A DNA stretch of 64,000 nucleotides. It comes from an uncultured Acidimicrobiaceae bacterium. GTDB lineage: Bacteria; Actinomycetota; Acidimicrobiia; Acidimicrobiales; RAAP-2. The position numbers were made by a program, and so were the translations under genes. Positions within the stretch are counted from its first letter, which is position 1; every line of letters begins with the position of its first letter. The notes under the pieces are model-generated. The model saw only the letters and a list, made by a program, of their open reading frames with translations. It was not told where the DNA came from and did not search any database. This document shows, piece after piece, positions 23,809 through 34,691 of the stretch. Location: positions 2,129,729 to 2,193,728 of the forward strand of contig OY970351.1 of the NCBI GenBank assembly GCA_963717975.1, in the 5' to 3' direction.

Positions 23809-25783
23809 TATTTCGCCCGTGACGACAAAAACTCCCACCTCCGGCTTTGACCCCACAGATTTCTCCGCGACGATACGGCCCCAGGACGATCTGTACCAGT
23901 ACCTGAACAGCGCCTGGATCGAGCGTACGGCGATGCCCGAGGACAAGGCCCGCTACGGCACGTTCGACATTCTCAACGACGGTGCGGAACTGGCCATCCG
24001 CGAGATCCTCGACGAGGCGCGCACGGCGCCCGAGGGGAGCGAAGCCCGCAAGGTCGGCGACGTGTACTCGAGTTTTCTCGACGAGGAACGAGTCAATGCG
24101 CTCGGCGCGAGTCCACTCCTTGACCGACTCGCTCAGGTCAACGACGTCGCGTCGGTCAACGAACTCCTGGTCTTGATGGGTCGACTCCAACGACGCGGCC
24201 TTGGAGGCTTCTACGCCGTCTTCGTCGAAAATGACCCGGGCGATCCCGAGCGCTACGTCACCTTCATCGAGCAGGGCGGGCTCTCGCTCCCGGACGAGAG
24301 TTACTACCGCGAGGAGCACTTCGCACCCATCCGAGACGCCTTCGTCACGCACGTGCAACGGATGCTCGAACTGGCCGGTGTCAGTGACCCAGAGTCACGC
24401 GCACGCCGAATCTTCGAATTGGAGACGACAATCGCGGCCGGACATTGGAACAACGTCGATTCGCGCGACAGCGAGAAGACCTACAACCTCAACACGTGGG
24501 ACGCGGCGAGTGAACTGTTCGGCGACGCGCCGCTGGACGCGTGGCGCAACGCGCTCGAGGCACCGGTGGGCGCCTTCGACGAAGTCGTGCTCCGACAGCC
24601 CAGCTTCACGAGCGCCGTCGGCGCACTCTTCACTGAAGCGAACCTCGACGCCTGGAAGGACTGGTTGACGTGGCAGGTCATCGCCGGAGACTCGCCGTTC
24701 ATCGCCGAGGCGTTCGTGAACGAGCACTTCGCGTTCTACGGACGCACGCTCACGGGGGCCGAATCGATTCGTCCGCGCTGGAAGCGCGCCGTCGCCCTCG
24801 CCGAGGGAGCGATGGGTGAAGCGATTGGCAAGATCTACGTGGAGCGTCACTACCCGCCCGAAGTCAAAGCGCGCATGGACGTCCTCGTCGCCAATCTCAT
24901 CGAGGCCTATCGCCAGAGCATCACCGATCTGGAGTGGATGGGCGAGGCGACGCGTCTGCGCGCGCTCGAGAAGCTGGACTCGTTCACCCCGAAGATCGGC
25001 TACCCCGTGCGCTGGCGCGACTACTCGACGCTGCGCGTGGAGGCCAATGACGTCTTAGCCAACGTGCGCGCGGCCAGTGAGTTCGAGTTCACTCGGAACC
25101 TGTCAAAGATCGGTCAGGCGGTCGACCGTGACGAGTGGTTCATGACGCCCCAGATGGTCAACGCGTACTACAACCCCGGCTTCAATGAGGTGGTCTTCCC
25201 GGCGTCGATCCTCCAGCCGCCCTTCTTCGACGCCGATCGCGACGAGGCCGCGAACTACGGCGCGATCGGTTCCGTGATCGGCCACGAGATCGGCCACGGC
25301 TTCGACGACCAGGGATCGAAGTTCGACGGCACGGGACGTCTCGCCGACTGGTGGGAGCCGTCGGATCGGGCCGCCTTCGAGGTGCGCACGAAATCCTTGA
25401 TCGAGCAGTACGACGCGCTCTCGCCGAAGTTGACGCCGGATCTGCACGTGAACGGCGCTCTCACGGTGGGCGAGAACATCGGCGACCTCGGTGGACTCTC
25501 CATTGCCTGGAAGGCGTACCTCATCTCCTTGAACGGCGAAGCGTCACCGGTCATCGACGGACTGAATGGCGCGCAGCGCTTCTTCTTGGCGTGGGTCCAG
25601 ACCTGGCGCCTGAAGACGCGAAAGGAAGAGGTGGAGCGTCTCTTGGCGATCGATCCCCACTCACCGGATGAGTTCCGGGGGAACCAGATCGTGCGCAATA
25701 TCGACGAGTTCTACGACGCATTCGACGTGAGCGCGAATGACGCGATGTGGTTGGATCCAGCCGCGCGCGTCTCGATCTGGTGA
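23780..25783 (+). CDS. M13 family (PepO/neprilysin-like) zinc metallopeptidase
   Basis: 667 aa. NAYYNP motif, HEIGHGFD zinc site and GENIGDLGG. Alternative start GTG 23819. Confidence 0.9.
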   Translation: MKGCPTSLGSISPVTTKTPTSGFDPTDFSATIRPQDDLYQYLNSAWIERTAMPEDKARYGTFDILNDGAELAIREILDEARTAPEGSEARKVGDVYSSFLDEERVNALGASPLLDRLAQVNDVASVNELLVLMGRLQRRGLGGFYAVFVENDPGDPERYVTFIEQGGLSLPDESYYREEHFAPIRDAFVTHVQRMLELAGVSDPESRARRIFELETTIAAGHWNNVDSRDSEKTYNLNTWDAASELFGDAPLDAWRNALEAPVGAFDEVVLRQPSFTSAVGALFTEANLDAWKDWLTWQVIAGDSPFIAEAFVNEHFAFYGRTLTGAESIRPRWKRAVALAEGAMGEAIGKIYVERHYPPEVKARMDVLVANLIEAYRQSITDLEWMGEATRLRALEKLDSFTPKIGYPVRWRDYSTLRVEANDVLANVRAASEFEFTRNLSKIGQAVDRDEWFMTPQMVNAYYNPGFNEVVFPASILQPPFFDADRDEAANYGAIGSVIGHEIGHGFDDQGSKFDGTGRLADWWEPSDRAAFEVRTKSLIEQYDALSPKLTPDLHVNGALTVGENIGDLGGLSIAWKAYLISLNGEASPVIDGLNGAQRFFLAWVQTWRLKTRKEEVERLLAIDPHSPDEFRGNQIVRNIDEFYDAFDVSANDAMWLDPAARVSIW

Positions 25784-25793
25784 GCCTTCGACG

Positions 25794-26483
25794 TCACTGA
25801 CCCTCGTTACTCGGCGGTGAACTCACCGCGTCCAAGACGTACCCGAGTCCACGGCGCGGAGCGATGACGCTGTCGATGAGCCCGTAGGCGACGGCCTCCT
25901 CGGCGGTCATGAAGTAGTCGCGGTCGATGTCGTGCATCACCTCGTCGACGGGTCGGCCACTGTGGTGCGCGATGATCTCGGCCATGCGCCGCGTGAGTGA
26001 GAGCGCCTCACGAAGTTGAATCTCCATGTCACTCGGTGCGCCGCGCGCGCCCGCGCTGCCCTGGTGGATCATGATCCGTGCGCTCGGGAGCGCGAGGCGC
26101 TTGCCGGGCGCGCCCCCGCACAGCACCATCGCGGCGGCGGACATGCCCATGCCGACGCAGATGGTCGACACGTCGGGGCGCACGTGCTGGATGACGTCGT
26201 AGATCGCCATGCCGCCGTAGGCGAGACCCCCGGGGGAGTTGATGTAGAGATTGATGTCGCGCTCGGGATCCTGGGCCTCGAGGTACAGCATCTGGGAGAT
26301 GATCAGGTTCGCGATCTGATCGTCGACCTCTTGGCCGAGGAAGACGATCCGCTGGCGCAACAACATCGAGTAGATGTCGAAGGCCCGCTCACCGCCCTTG
26401 GACTCCTCGAGCACCATTGGGACGAGCGAGTGTCGGGCCGCCTGTTCCAGAAGATCGGTCACCGGGCCTCCTTGTCGCGCCAT
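25794..26483 (-). CDS. clpP: ATP-dependent Clp protease proteolytic subunit (stand-alone paralog)
   Basis: ERAFDIYSMLLRQRIVFLG, GMGMSAAAMV (Ser), IMIHQGS (His) and DRDYFMTAEEA (Asp). ORF 25794..26720 trimmed. Start is uncertain (26483, 26498 or 26519). Confidence 0.85.
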   Translation of the reverse strand: MARQGGPVTDLLEQAARHSLVPMVLEESKGGERAFDIYSMLLRQRIVFLGQEVDDQIANLIISQMLYLEAQDPERDINLYINSPGGLAYGGMAIYDVIQHVRPDVSTICVGMGMSAAAMVLCGGAPGKRLALPSARIMIHQGSAGARGAPSDMEIQLREALSLTRRMAEIIAHHSGRPVDEVMHDIDRDYFMTAEEAVAYGLIDSVIAPRRGLGYVLDAVSSPPSNEGQ

Positions 26484-26500
26484 CAGGGCGGAGATCATTG

Positions 26501-26518
26501 TGCAATTACTTAGTTGCA
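26501..26518. promoter_or_regulatory. Operator-like inverted repeat 1 (TGCAAT-N6-GTTGCA)
   Basis: TGCAATtacttaGTTGCA in the clpP / SRPBCC-arsR divergent region. Identical half-sites recur 42 bp away. Confidence 0.5.
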
Positions 26519-26542
26519 TCTTAGTCGAGTCGGGGAGCGGTG

Positions 26543-26560
26543 TGCAATAGAGTGGTTGCA
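26543..26560. promoter_or_regulatory. Operator-like inverted repeat 2 (TGCAAT-N6-GTTGCA)
   Basis: TGCAATagagtgGTTGCA abuts or overlaps the ATG (26560) of the SRPBCC gene. Confidence 0.5.
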
Positions 26561-26889
26561 TGACCGACACCGTGCACCGAGAAGTGGATCTTCCTTGTTC
26601 GCCGAGCGAGGCGTGGGAGCACGTCATCGACCCGACGTGGCTCGGTGACGACGGCGACCTGCCGACCACGCCCGGATCCGACGGGTGGATAAGTGACGGC
26701 GATGACGTGCGATTCCTCATCGTCGAAGAGGTGGACGAAGAGTACCGACTCGTCTATCGATGGGCGAGCTTCGCAGAAGAACCATCACGAGTGGCGATCG
26801 AGTTGACGCCGACGGACGAAGGAACGAGAGTCACGATTTCGGAGTCACCCATCGAGGTGAGGGCCGAGGCCCACCTCGCCCTTCGATGA
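26560..26889 (+). CDS. SRPBCC (AHSA1/START-like) domain protein
   Basis: 109 aa. ATGA-coupled to a downstream ArsR gene, which is a common pairing. Family call rests on weak sequence impression. Confidence 0.6.
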   Translation: MTDTVHREVDLPCSPSEAWEHVIDPTWLGDDGDLPTTPGSDGWISDGDDVRFLIVEEVDEEYRLVYRWASFAEEPSRVAIELTPTDEGTRVTISESPIEVRAEAHLALR

Positions 26890-27239
26890 GCGACGACGTT
26901 TCGTTGGTTTTCGCCGCGTTGTCAGACCCAACTCGTCGCCAACTCTTCGAGCGCCTACTCCAATACCCGCTCGGGAGAACGGCTACGGAGCTTGCGGAGG
27001 GCGCCACCGTCTCACGCCAGGCGATCGTCAAACACCTCCAACTGCTGGCCACCGCGGGACTGGCACTGTCCAGCCGCGACGGGCGAGAGGTCCGCTATCG
27101 TGCCTCGACGGGCGCGGCCCAGATGGCCTCGCAGTGGCTCGACGTGCGAGCGAGCGCGTGGGATCGACGTGTCGAAGCCCTCGAAAAGAAGGTCCGCGAC
27201 GCGCAACGTTCGTCGCTGCCGTCGTCGCGACGTCGTTGA
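26886..27239 (+). CDS. ArsR/SmtB-family transcriptional regulator
   Basis: ORF 26760..27239 trimmed to ATG 26886. FAALSDPTRRQLFERLL...ELAEGATVSRQAIVKHLQLL wHTH. Confidence 0.85.
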   Translation: MSDDVSLVFAALSDPTRRQLFERLLQYPLGRTATELAEGATVSRQAIVKHLQLLATAGLALSSRDGREVRYRASTGAAQMASQWLDVRASAWDRRVEALEKKVRDAQRSSLPSSRRR

Positions 27240-27325
27240 GGTGGCGCCCTCGTCGTCGTGGGGCGTACTTCGGAGGAAAATAGGGACAGTTGTAGTAGCA
27301 ATTTGCAACGATTACCGGTAGCGAT

Positions 27326-27354
27326 TTGCGATGAGGCCTTATTTTTCCTAGACT
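27326..27354 (+). promoter_or_regulatory. Sigma-70-type promoter for rplM-rpsI
   Basis: TTGCGA (27326-27331), 17-nt spacer, TAGACT (27349-27354). Small hairpins GTCCttcgGAC and CCCGGttCGGG lie in the leader. Confidence 0.45.
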
Positions 27355-27396
27355 TAAGAGTCCTTCGGACCCGGTTCGGGCCGTCAACAAACGTCT

Positions 27397-27855
27397 ATGG
27401 GAAGTTCCGTGCGCACATTTTCGCCAAAAGTCAGTGAGATCACCCGCGAGTGGCTCGTGCTCGACGCCGAGGACCTCGTCCTCGGTCGAGTCGCCACCGT
27501 CGCTGCGTCGCTGCTCCGCGGCAAGCACCGCGTCTACTTCGCGCCCCACGTCGACTGTGGCGACAACGTCATCATCGTGAACGCCGACAAGGTCGTGCTC
27601 ACCGCCAACAAGGCGGCGCAAAAGTTCTCGTACCATCACTCGGGGTACCCGGGCGGACTGCGCGCGACCTCGTGGCAGACGTTGCTCGACGAAGACCCGG
27701 TCAAGTTGGTCTTCGACGCGGTGAAGGGCATGGTCCCCAAGAACCGCCTAGGTCGAGAGATCATGGGCAAGCTCTTCGTTTACGCCGGACCCGAACACCC
27801 CCACGCCGCACAAACACCCACGAAGTACGACACCTCGGCCATCCGCCGCGGTTAA
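27397..27855 (+). CDS. rplM: 50S ribosomal protein L13
   Basis: 152 aa. REWLVLDAEDLVLGR... Alternative start GTG 27409. Confidence 0.95.
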   Translation: MGSSVRTFSPKVSEITREWLVLDAEDLVLGRVATVAASLLRGKHRVYFAPHVDCGDNVIIVNADKVVLTANKAAQKFSYHHSGYPGGLRATSWQTLLDEDPVKLVFDAVKGMVPKNRLGREIMGKLFVYAGPEHPHAAQTPTKYDTSAIRRG

Positions 27856-27864
27856 GGAGAACGA

Positions 27865-28257
27865 GTGTCAGCACCCCTCACGCAGACGACCGGCCGACGC
27901 AAAGAGGCCGTCGCACGAGTGCGCCTTCGCCCGGGCACCGGCACCATCACGATCAACAGCCGAGCCTTCGACAACTACTTCACGTCGGCGACGCACCGCC
28001 AGATGGTGATGGAGCCGCTGCGCCTCATCGACGCGCAGCAGACCTACGACATCGACGCCACGATTGAGGGCGGCGGTCTGGCGGGCCAGGCCGGTGCCCT
28101 TCGGTTGGGTATCTCACGCTCACTCCTCGAGATCGACGAAGCCGTTCGACCGGCCCTGAAGAAGGCCGGTCTCTTGACACGTGACTCGCGCAAGAAGGAG
28201 ACCAAGAAGTACGGTCTCAAGAAGGCGCGTAAGGCTCCGCAGTACTCGAAGAGGTAG
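27865..28257 (+). CDS. rpsI: 30S ribosomal protein S9
   Basis: 130 aa. [12 protein letters not shown]...[10 protein letters not shown]...[12 protein letters not shown]. Confidence 0.96.
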   Translation: MSAPLTQTTGRRKEAVARVRLRPGTGTITINSRAFDNYFTSATHRQMVMEPLRLIDAQQTYDIDATIEGGGLAGQAGALRLGISRSLLEIDEAVRPALKKAGLLTRDSRKKETKKYGLKKARKAPQYSKR

Positions 28258-28262
28258 TTGTC

Positions 28263-29560
28263 ATGACCGTGCAATTCGGCACGGATGGCATTCGTGGACG
28301 AGCCTCCGACGAGATCACGAACGACCTGGCCTACCGGTTGGGGCGCGCCGTCGCCGCGGTCTTCACCGCCGACGTCTTCGTCGGGTACGACACCCGCGAG
28401 AGCTCACCCCTCTTGGCGCGCGCCGTACTCGCGGGACTTCGCGACGGTGGCGCGCGCGGCATCAACCTCGGCTACTTCACGACGCCGGGCGTCGCCGTCA
28501 TCGCCCAGCAACGCGGCGGCGTCGGCGTCGTCGTGTCGGCGTCGCATAACCCCTACTACGACAACGGTCTGAAGGTCCTCGGACTCGGCGGCGTCAAGCT
28601 CGACTACTCGACCGAGACTCGCCGTCGCCGACGGCGTTGGACGAGGCGCCACCGTCACCGAGTGAGACCTTCGACGAGTTCGAGGTCGACGAATCGGCCG
28701 AGCACGACTACGCGCACCACCTGCGTTCGCTCGTGCCGGCCGACTTCTCGTCGCTGCACATCGTGCTGGACTGCGCGAACGGCGCGGCCAGCCACGTCGC
28801 GCACGAGATCTTCGAGTCGACCGGCGCGCGGATCACGACGATCCACGACCAGCCCAACGGTCGCAACATCAACGAGGACAGTGGTTCGACCCACGTCGAA
28901 GACCTCGTGGCCCACGTCCTCGATCTGCACGCCGACCTCGGTCTCGCCTTCGACGGTGACGCCGATCGCCTGATCGCGGTTGACGCGGGCGGTCAGGTCC
29001 GCGACGGCGACGACCTCATGATCCTCTTCGCGCGCGACTTCTTCGAACGCAACGCCCTGGGCGGCGGACTGGTCGTCACGTCCATGAGCAACCTCGGTCT
29101 TCACCGGTCGATGGCCGACGCCGGCATCGCGATCGTCGAGACCGACGTCGGGGACCGCAACGTCCTCATCGAACTCGAGGAGCGGTCCTGGCCGTTCGGC
29201 GGCGAACAGTCGGGCCACTTGATCTTTCGGTCGCTCGCGCCGACCGGTGACGGACAGTTGACCGGTCTCATGCTCGCGGACCTGATCGTGCGGCGCGGTC
29301 CACTCGCCGAGCAAGCCGACGCGGTATGGCGACGTGTGCCGCAAAGGCTCATCAACGTCGCGCGCGACGACTACGACGACGCCGCCGTGCAGGGACTCTT
29401 CGAAGAGATCCGTACGAGCTACGGCATCGAGGTCGACGACGTGCGCCTGCTCATTCGTCCGTCCGGCACCGAGCCGGTCGTGCGAGTGATGATAGAGGCG
29501 TTGGACGAAAAGTTCGTCAATGACTTCACGCAACAGATTCAAGACCGTTTCGACGCGTAG
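28263..29560 (+). pseudogene. glmM: Phosphoglucosamine mutase, reading frame disrupted near 28620-28636
   Basis: The N-terminal part (GTDGIRG, SASHNPYYDNG) is in the frame of ORF 28263. The rest (VLDCANGAAS, AFDGDADR, GGEQSGH, RPSGTEPVVRVM) is in the frame of ORF 28637..29560. Confidence 0.85.
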
Positions 29561-29603
29561 CGGACCACGAAGAACCGCAAAATGGCCCGAGTAGGCTGGT
29601 CGT

Positions 29604-31447
29604 ATGTGCGGCATTATCGGGGTCGTAGGATCCGACGACACGTTGGCGACGCTCCTCGAAGGCCTGACGCGATTGGAATATCGCGGGTACGACTCGGCCG
29701 GCATCGCCTTGGTGCGCGCGGGCGAAACGTGGCGGGCCCGTACCGCCTCCGGTACTGAATCGGTCACGGCACTCAAGAGAGAGTGCCTCGCCGCGCCGAA
29801 GGGTTTTACCTCCGGGATCGGTCACACCCGTTGGGCCACGCACGGCGCGCCGGAGGCGATCAACGCGCACCCGCACCTCGACTGCTCCGGCAATATCGCC
29901 ATCATCCACAACGGCATCATCGAGAACCATACGGAGTTAAAGGAGGATCTCGAGTCGCGTGGCCACGTCTTCACCTCGGTCACGGACTCCGAGGTTCTCG
30001 CGCACCTGATCGAAGAGTTCCGCAATCAGGGCCTCGAGTTGACGGACGCCGTCCGGCAGGGCCTCTTGGTCGTACGAGGCGCGTTCGCCCTCGCTGCCAT
30101 GGACGCCACCGAGCCGAACGTCATCGTCGCGGCGCGGCGCATCTCGCCCCTGGTCGTGGGTACCGCGCCGGGCGAGACCTATCTGGCGAGCGACGTGCCC
30201 GCCATTCTCGACAAGGCCTCGGCGTTCTACGCCGTGAATGACGACGAGATCGTTCGCCTGGGACCGGAAGGCTTTCGCGCCATCGACCTCGACGGCGCGC
30301 CCGTTCGCCTCCGACAGCTCTCGATCGACTGGGACTTGGAGACCGCACAAAAGGGTGGTCACGACGACTTCATGTCCAAGGAGATCAACGAGCAGCCCGG
30401 CGCGATTCGTTCGACCTTGCTCGATCGCCGTCGCAAGGACGGCACGATCACCTTCGACGAGATGCGCATCAGCGACGATGAACTGCGCGACGTCAAGCGC
30501 GTCTGTCTGGTCGCGGCCGGCACGTCGTTTCACGCGACGCTGATCGCCAAGTACGCAATCGAGAAGTGGGCGCGCCTCGGCGTCGACGTCGACATCTCCA
30601 GTGAGTACCGCTACCGCGATCCGATAGTCGAGATCGGAACGCTGGTGATCGGCGTCTCCCAGAGTGGCGAGACAATCGACACCATCCAGGCCACGCGCGA
30701 AGCCCAGCGACGCGGCGCGCACGTGGTGGCCATCTCGAACATCGTCGACTCCTCCATGGCGCGCGAAGCCGACGCCGTTATCTACACGCGCGCGGGCCTC
30801 GAGGTCTCCGTGGCGTCGACGAAGGCCTTCGTGGCGCAGGTCGCGGCCTTAGAACTTCTGGCCCTACGCCTCGCGCAACTGCGCGGGACGTTGCCCGCGT
30901 CCGAAATCGACGGACTGTTCCAGGGGTTGAACGCCGTCGGAGCGCAGGTGCAGACTGTGCTCGACCGGCGCGAGAACATCGAACTCGTCGCAAAGGAACT
31001 GATGGGCGCGCACGACTTCTTCTTCATCGGACGTCACGTCGGATTTCCGACCGCGCTCGAAGGTGCCCTGAAACTCAAGGAGCTCACGTACCTCCACGCC
31101 GAGGGTTACCCCGGCGGCGAGTTGAAGCATGGTCCACTCGCGTTAATCGAGCCGGGCGTCGTAGTGATCGCCATCGCGACCGATCCGAGCGATGCACGAG
31201 AAGATGCTCTCGAATCTCTCGGAGGTGAAGGCTCGCGGCGCGAGTGTCGTCGCCGTCGCGACCGACGATGATGAGAAGATCGAGTCGGTGGCCGACTTCG
31301 TCCTCCGTGTACCCGCGACCGAGCCGATGTTCACGCCGATGGTCGACGTGATCTCCCTGCAGACTCTTCGCCTATGCCGTGGCCCGTGGACTCGGTCGAA
31401 ACGTGGATCGACCGCGCAATCTGGCCAAGACCGTGACGGTCGAATAG
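29604..31447 (+). pseudogene. glmS: Glutamine--fructose-6-phosphate aminotransferase, two frame disruptions (about 31191 and 31363)
   Basis: MCGIIG start. The frame switches to MHEKMLSNLSEVKARGASVV... and again to LFAYAVARGLGRNVDRPRNLAKTVTVE, ending at TAG 31445-31447. Confidence 0.88.
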
Positions 31448-31830
31448 TGCCGACGGTCGGTGTCGGCATCGACGTGGTCGACGTCCCGCGCTTCGAGATC
31501 GTCCTCGGACGTCGGCCGCGCATCGTCGACCGGCTCTTCACCGAAGGCGAGCAGCGCGACGCCCGGGGTAAGGCTGAACGTCTCGCCGCACGATTCGCCG
31601 CCAAGGAGGCGGTCATGAAGTCCTTGAGTGTCGGGGCCGGCTCGGTGCCGTGGAAGTCGATCGAGGTGAAGCGCGCGCCGAGCGGCGCGCCGTCGGTGAT
31701 GCTGCACGGTGCCGCCGCCGAATTGGCCGTCCTGCGTGGTGCCGAAGAGTTTCATATATCGCTGACGCACACGGCGATGACCGCGGCCGCGTTCGTCGTC
31801 GCGAGCTCCAAGGACTCGCGTGCAGGTTGA
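31447..31830 (+). CDS. acpS: Holo-[acyl-carrier-protein] synthase
   Basis: GTG 31447 overlaps the glmS TAG. VGVGIDVVDVPRF...AARFAAKEAVMKSL. Confidence 0.85.
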   Translation: MPTVGVGIDVVDVPRFEIVLGRRPRIVDRLFTEGEQRDARGKAERLAARFAAKEAVMKSLSVGAGSVPWKSIEVKRAPSGAPSVMLHGAAAELAVLRGAEEFHISLTHTAMTAAAFVVASSKDSRAG

Positions 31831-32975
31831 GGGAGTCCATCGCCCGGCGCGCGCGGAGATCTCCGCGTCCGCCATCGCGCACAATGTGCGCGCACTGAAG
31901 TCGGTCATCGGTGACCGACTCTTTTGCGCCGTCGTGAAGGCCAATGGCTACGGACACGGGGCGGTGCTCGCCGCGACGGCCGCGCTCGACGCCGGAGCCG
32001 ACATGTTGGCCGTCGCGATCATCGACGAAGGCATCGAACTGCGCGAGAGCGGGATCACCGCGCCAATCCTGTTGCTCGCTGAGGTGCCGCCGGACACGCT
32101 GGCCGAGGCGCTCGCCAGCACCCTCACCCTCACGATCGGCTCGCTCGACGGCGCCCGGGCCGCGGTCGCCATCGCCGAGACGCTGGGTGGTCGCCACCGC
32201 GTCCACCTCAAGGTCGATACAGGCATGCACCGGATGGGCACTGCGCCCGACGACGTCGACGCCGTCATCGACGTCCTCACCGCGAGCGACGCGATCGACC
32301 TCGAAGGTGTCTACACGCACTTCAGCGTGGCCGATGGTTCGAGCGCCGAGGACCGCACGTTCACGAGACAGCAGATCGACCTCTTTGACGAGGTCGTGAC
32401 GCGATTGACGGGTCGCGGTGTCTCGCCTCGAATCGTCCACGTGCGAACAGCGCCGGCGCGCTCGGCTATCCCGACGCCCGACTCGACATGGTGCGCGTCG
32501 GTCTGGCGCTCTACGGGTACCTGCCCGAGGCCTGGTTGGCGTCGGCACTCGAAGCGTCGGGTGAACGACTCGAGCCGGCTCTGGACACTTCGCGCCAAGG
32601 TCGTCGCCGTTCGACACGTCGATGTGGGGGAGCGCCCGAGCTATCGCCGCCGTCGAGCGATGGATCGAGCGGCGCAACGGTCGTGACCGTCCCTGTCGGC
32701 TACGCCGACGGCTATCCCCGACGTCTCTTCGACGCGGGCGCCGACGGTCTTGATCAACGGCACGCGTTATCCGTTGGCCGGTGTCGTCACGATGGACATG
32801 CTGGTGATCGACTGCGGCGACGACGACGTCAAACTGGACGACGAGGTCGTGCTCTTGGGTCGCCAGGGCAGACGAGGAGATCACGGCGGACGAGTGGGCC
32901 GAGCGGCCGGCACCATCTACGTGGGAGATCCTCTGCGGTATCGGGGCCCGCGTGCCTCGTATTCTCGTTGACTGA
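31820..32975 (+). pseudogene. alr: Alanine racemase, at least 5 frame disruptions (first about 32442)
   Basis: VVKANGYGHG (PLP Lys) is in the first frame. ANSAGALGYPDARLDMVRVGLALYGY, TVPVGYADGYPR, INGTRYPLAGVVTMDM and EILCGIGARVPRILVD lie in different frames. Confidence 0.85.
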
Positions 32976-32976
32976 G

Positions 32977-33528
32977 ATGAGTCGTGACTTCACCGAGCTG
33001 CCAACGTGCACGCGCTGCGTGCTCGCCCAGACCCGCCAGCGCGTCGTGGTCGGTTCGGGACCGCTTCAGCCCGTCCCTGATGGTGATCGGTGAAGCCCCG
33101 GTCGCGACGAGGACGAGGGCGGCGAGCCGTTCATCGGCCGAAGCGGTCGACTGCTCTTCCAATTGATCCAAGAAGAGGTCGGTCTCGCTCGCGCCGAGTG
33201 CTTCGTGACCAACGTCGTGAAGTGTCGTCCTCCGGCCAATCGAACGCCCACGCGCGACGAACTCACGGCCTGTCGACCGTGGTTGAGCGAGCAGTTCCTC
33301 GTTGGTGCGTTCGCCGCTCGTCCTGGCGCTCGGCAACACGGCGGCGCGGTCGGTCTTCGGCTTCGAGCAGGGCATCGGCGTGACCCACGGTCGCGTCGTG
33401 AAACTGGGCGGCGGACGCGGGATGGCGACGTATCACCCGGCCGCCGCACTGCGCGGCGGACCGAGTGTCGTCGACGTCATGCGCGCTGACCTTCGAGATT
33501 CTCAAGACGCTCGTTGCGATCGCCATGA
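32977..33528 (+). pseudogene. Family-4 uracil-DNA glycosylase, multiple frame disruptions
   Basis: CTRCVLAQTR, LMVIGEAP, VTNVVKCRPPANRTP, VLALGNTAA and MATYHPAAALR are spread over three frames. The 3' end is inferred from an ATGA overlap with tsaE. Confidence 0.7.
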
Positions 33529-33964
33529 GCTGGCGACGACACTGCGCGACGGCCGAGGACACCATCGCCGCCGGCGAGGCCTTCGCGGCGGTGCTGTCAG
33601 AGCGGCGACATCGTCTTGCTCTCCGGGACCCTCGGCGCCGGCAAGACCACCTTCGTGCAGGGTGTCGCGAAGGGCCTCGGCGTGAGCGAACGCGTCACGA
33701 GTCCGACGTTCACGATGGTACGCGAACACCAGTGCTCGAACGAGCTCGGCATCGTGACGCTGCACCACAGCGACGTCTACCGGGTCGAGACCCTCGACGA
33801 GGTCCTGGATTTGGCGCTCGGAGAGTTGGTGGAGGACGTCGGCCGTCGCGCTGGTGGAGTGGGGCGAACTCGCGGCCTCGGTCTTCGGGCGCGACGTGAT
33901 GACCATCGACTTCAGCGTCGACGACGATGAGGCGCCGGACGCTCAGTCGTCGACGGGGAGCTGA
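33525..33964 (+). pseudogene. tsaE: tRNA t6A biosynthesis ATPase TsaE, two frame disruptions (about 33600 and 33845)
   Basis: [21 protein letters not shown]...SPTFTMV...HHSDVYR is in the middle frame. The N-terminus and the VEWGE C-terminus are in other frames. Confidence 0.75.
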
Positions 33965-34002
33965 CGACGTGATCGATCGACGACGTTGGACGCGTGGGCG
34001 TC

Positions 34003-34691
34003 GTGAACCTCGTCGCCATCGAGACGGCCACCCCTTCGTGCGCCGTGGGGATTCGAACCGCGACGGCCGGGAGGTCACGCGGGTCGTCGACGACGGTCGT
34101 CGTCACACCGAGGCGCTGACCGAGGCCATGAAGGAACTCTTGGATGAGGTCGAGTTGACACCGCGCGACGTCGATCGGGTCGTCGTCGACCGTGGTCCCG
34201 GGCCTCTTCACGGGACTGCGCGTCGGCATCGCCACGGCGATCGCCTTCTCCGCAGGCGCTGGGCTGTGAGCTGGTTGGCGTGACGTCCCTCGAGATGCTC
34301 GCCGGCGGCGCCTTCGAGTCGGGCGTTCGCGGGACGTGGTGGCGTGCGTCGACGGACGACGCGGTGAGGTCTTCGCCCAGACGTTCGTGCTCGACGACGG
34401 AGCTCTCTCGCGGTCGACGACGCCCGAGTGACGTCGGCCGCTGACATCGCCTCGCAGTGGCGGGTCGCGGGGACGTCCAGTAACGTTCACGGGCGACGGC
34501 GTCGAACGCTACCGTGCCGAGTTCGCACAGACTTCCGTCCGCGACGCTCTTTCGACCAGGTCGTGCCGTCGGTGCGAGCCGCGTTGGCGCTGGGTGCGAA
34601 ACGTCCGACCCCGAGGAGGTGGTGTTGCCGTTGTACTTACGCGAGGCCGACGCGGTCGCCAACTTCACCACGCGGGAGCGGCCGCAGATGA
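34003..34691 (+). pseudogene. tsaB: tRNA t6A biosynthesis protein TsaB, many frame disruptions
   Basis: VNLVAIETATPSCAV, RRHTEALTEAMKELLDEVELTPRDVDRVVVDRGPG, FTGLRVGIA, VGVTSLE and LPLYLREADA fragments lie in alternating frames. Confidence 0.65.

Noticed and set aside
26484-26720. N-terminal ~80-aa extension of ClpP from ORF 25794..26720
   Set aside because: The extension has no ClpP similarity. It would run through the operator repeats and into the divergent SRPBCC gene. The conserved ClpP body begins just after the internal Met codons at 26483-26519.
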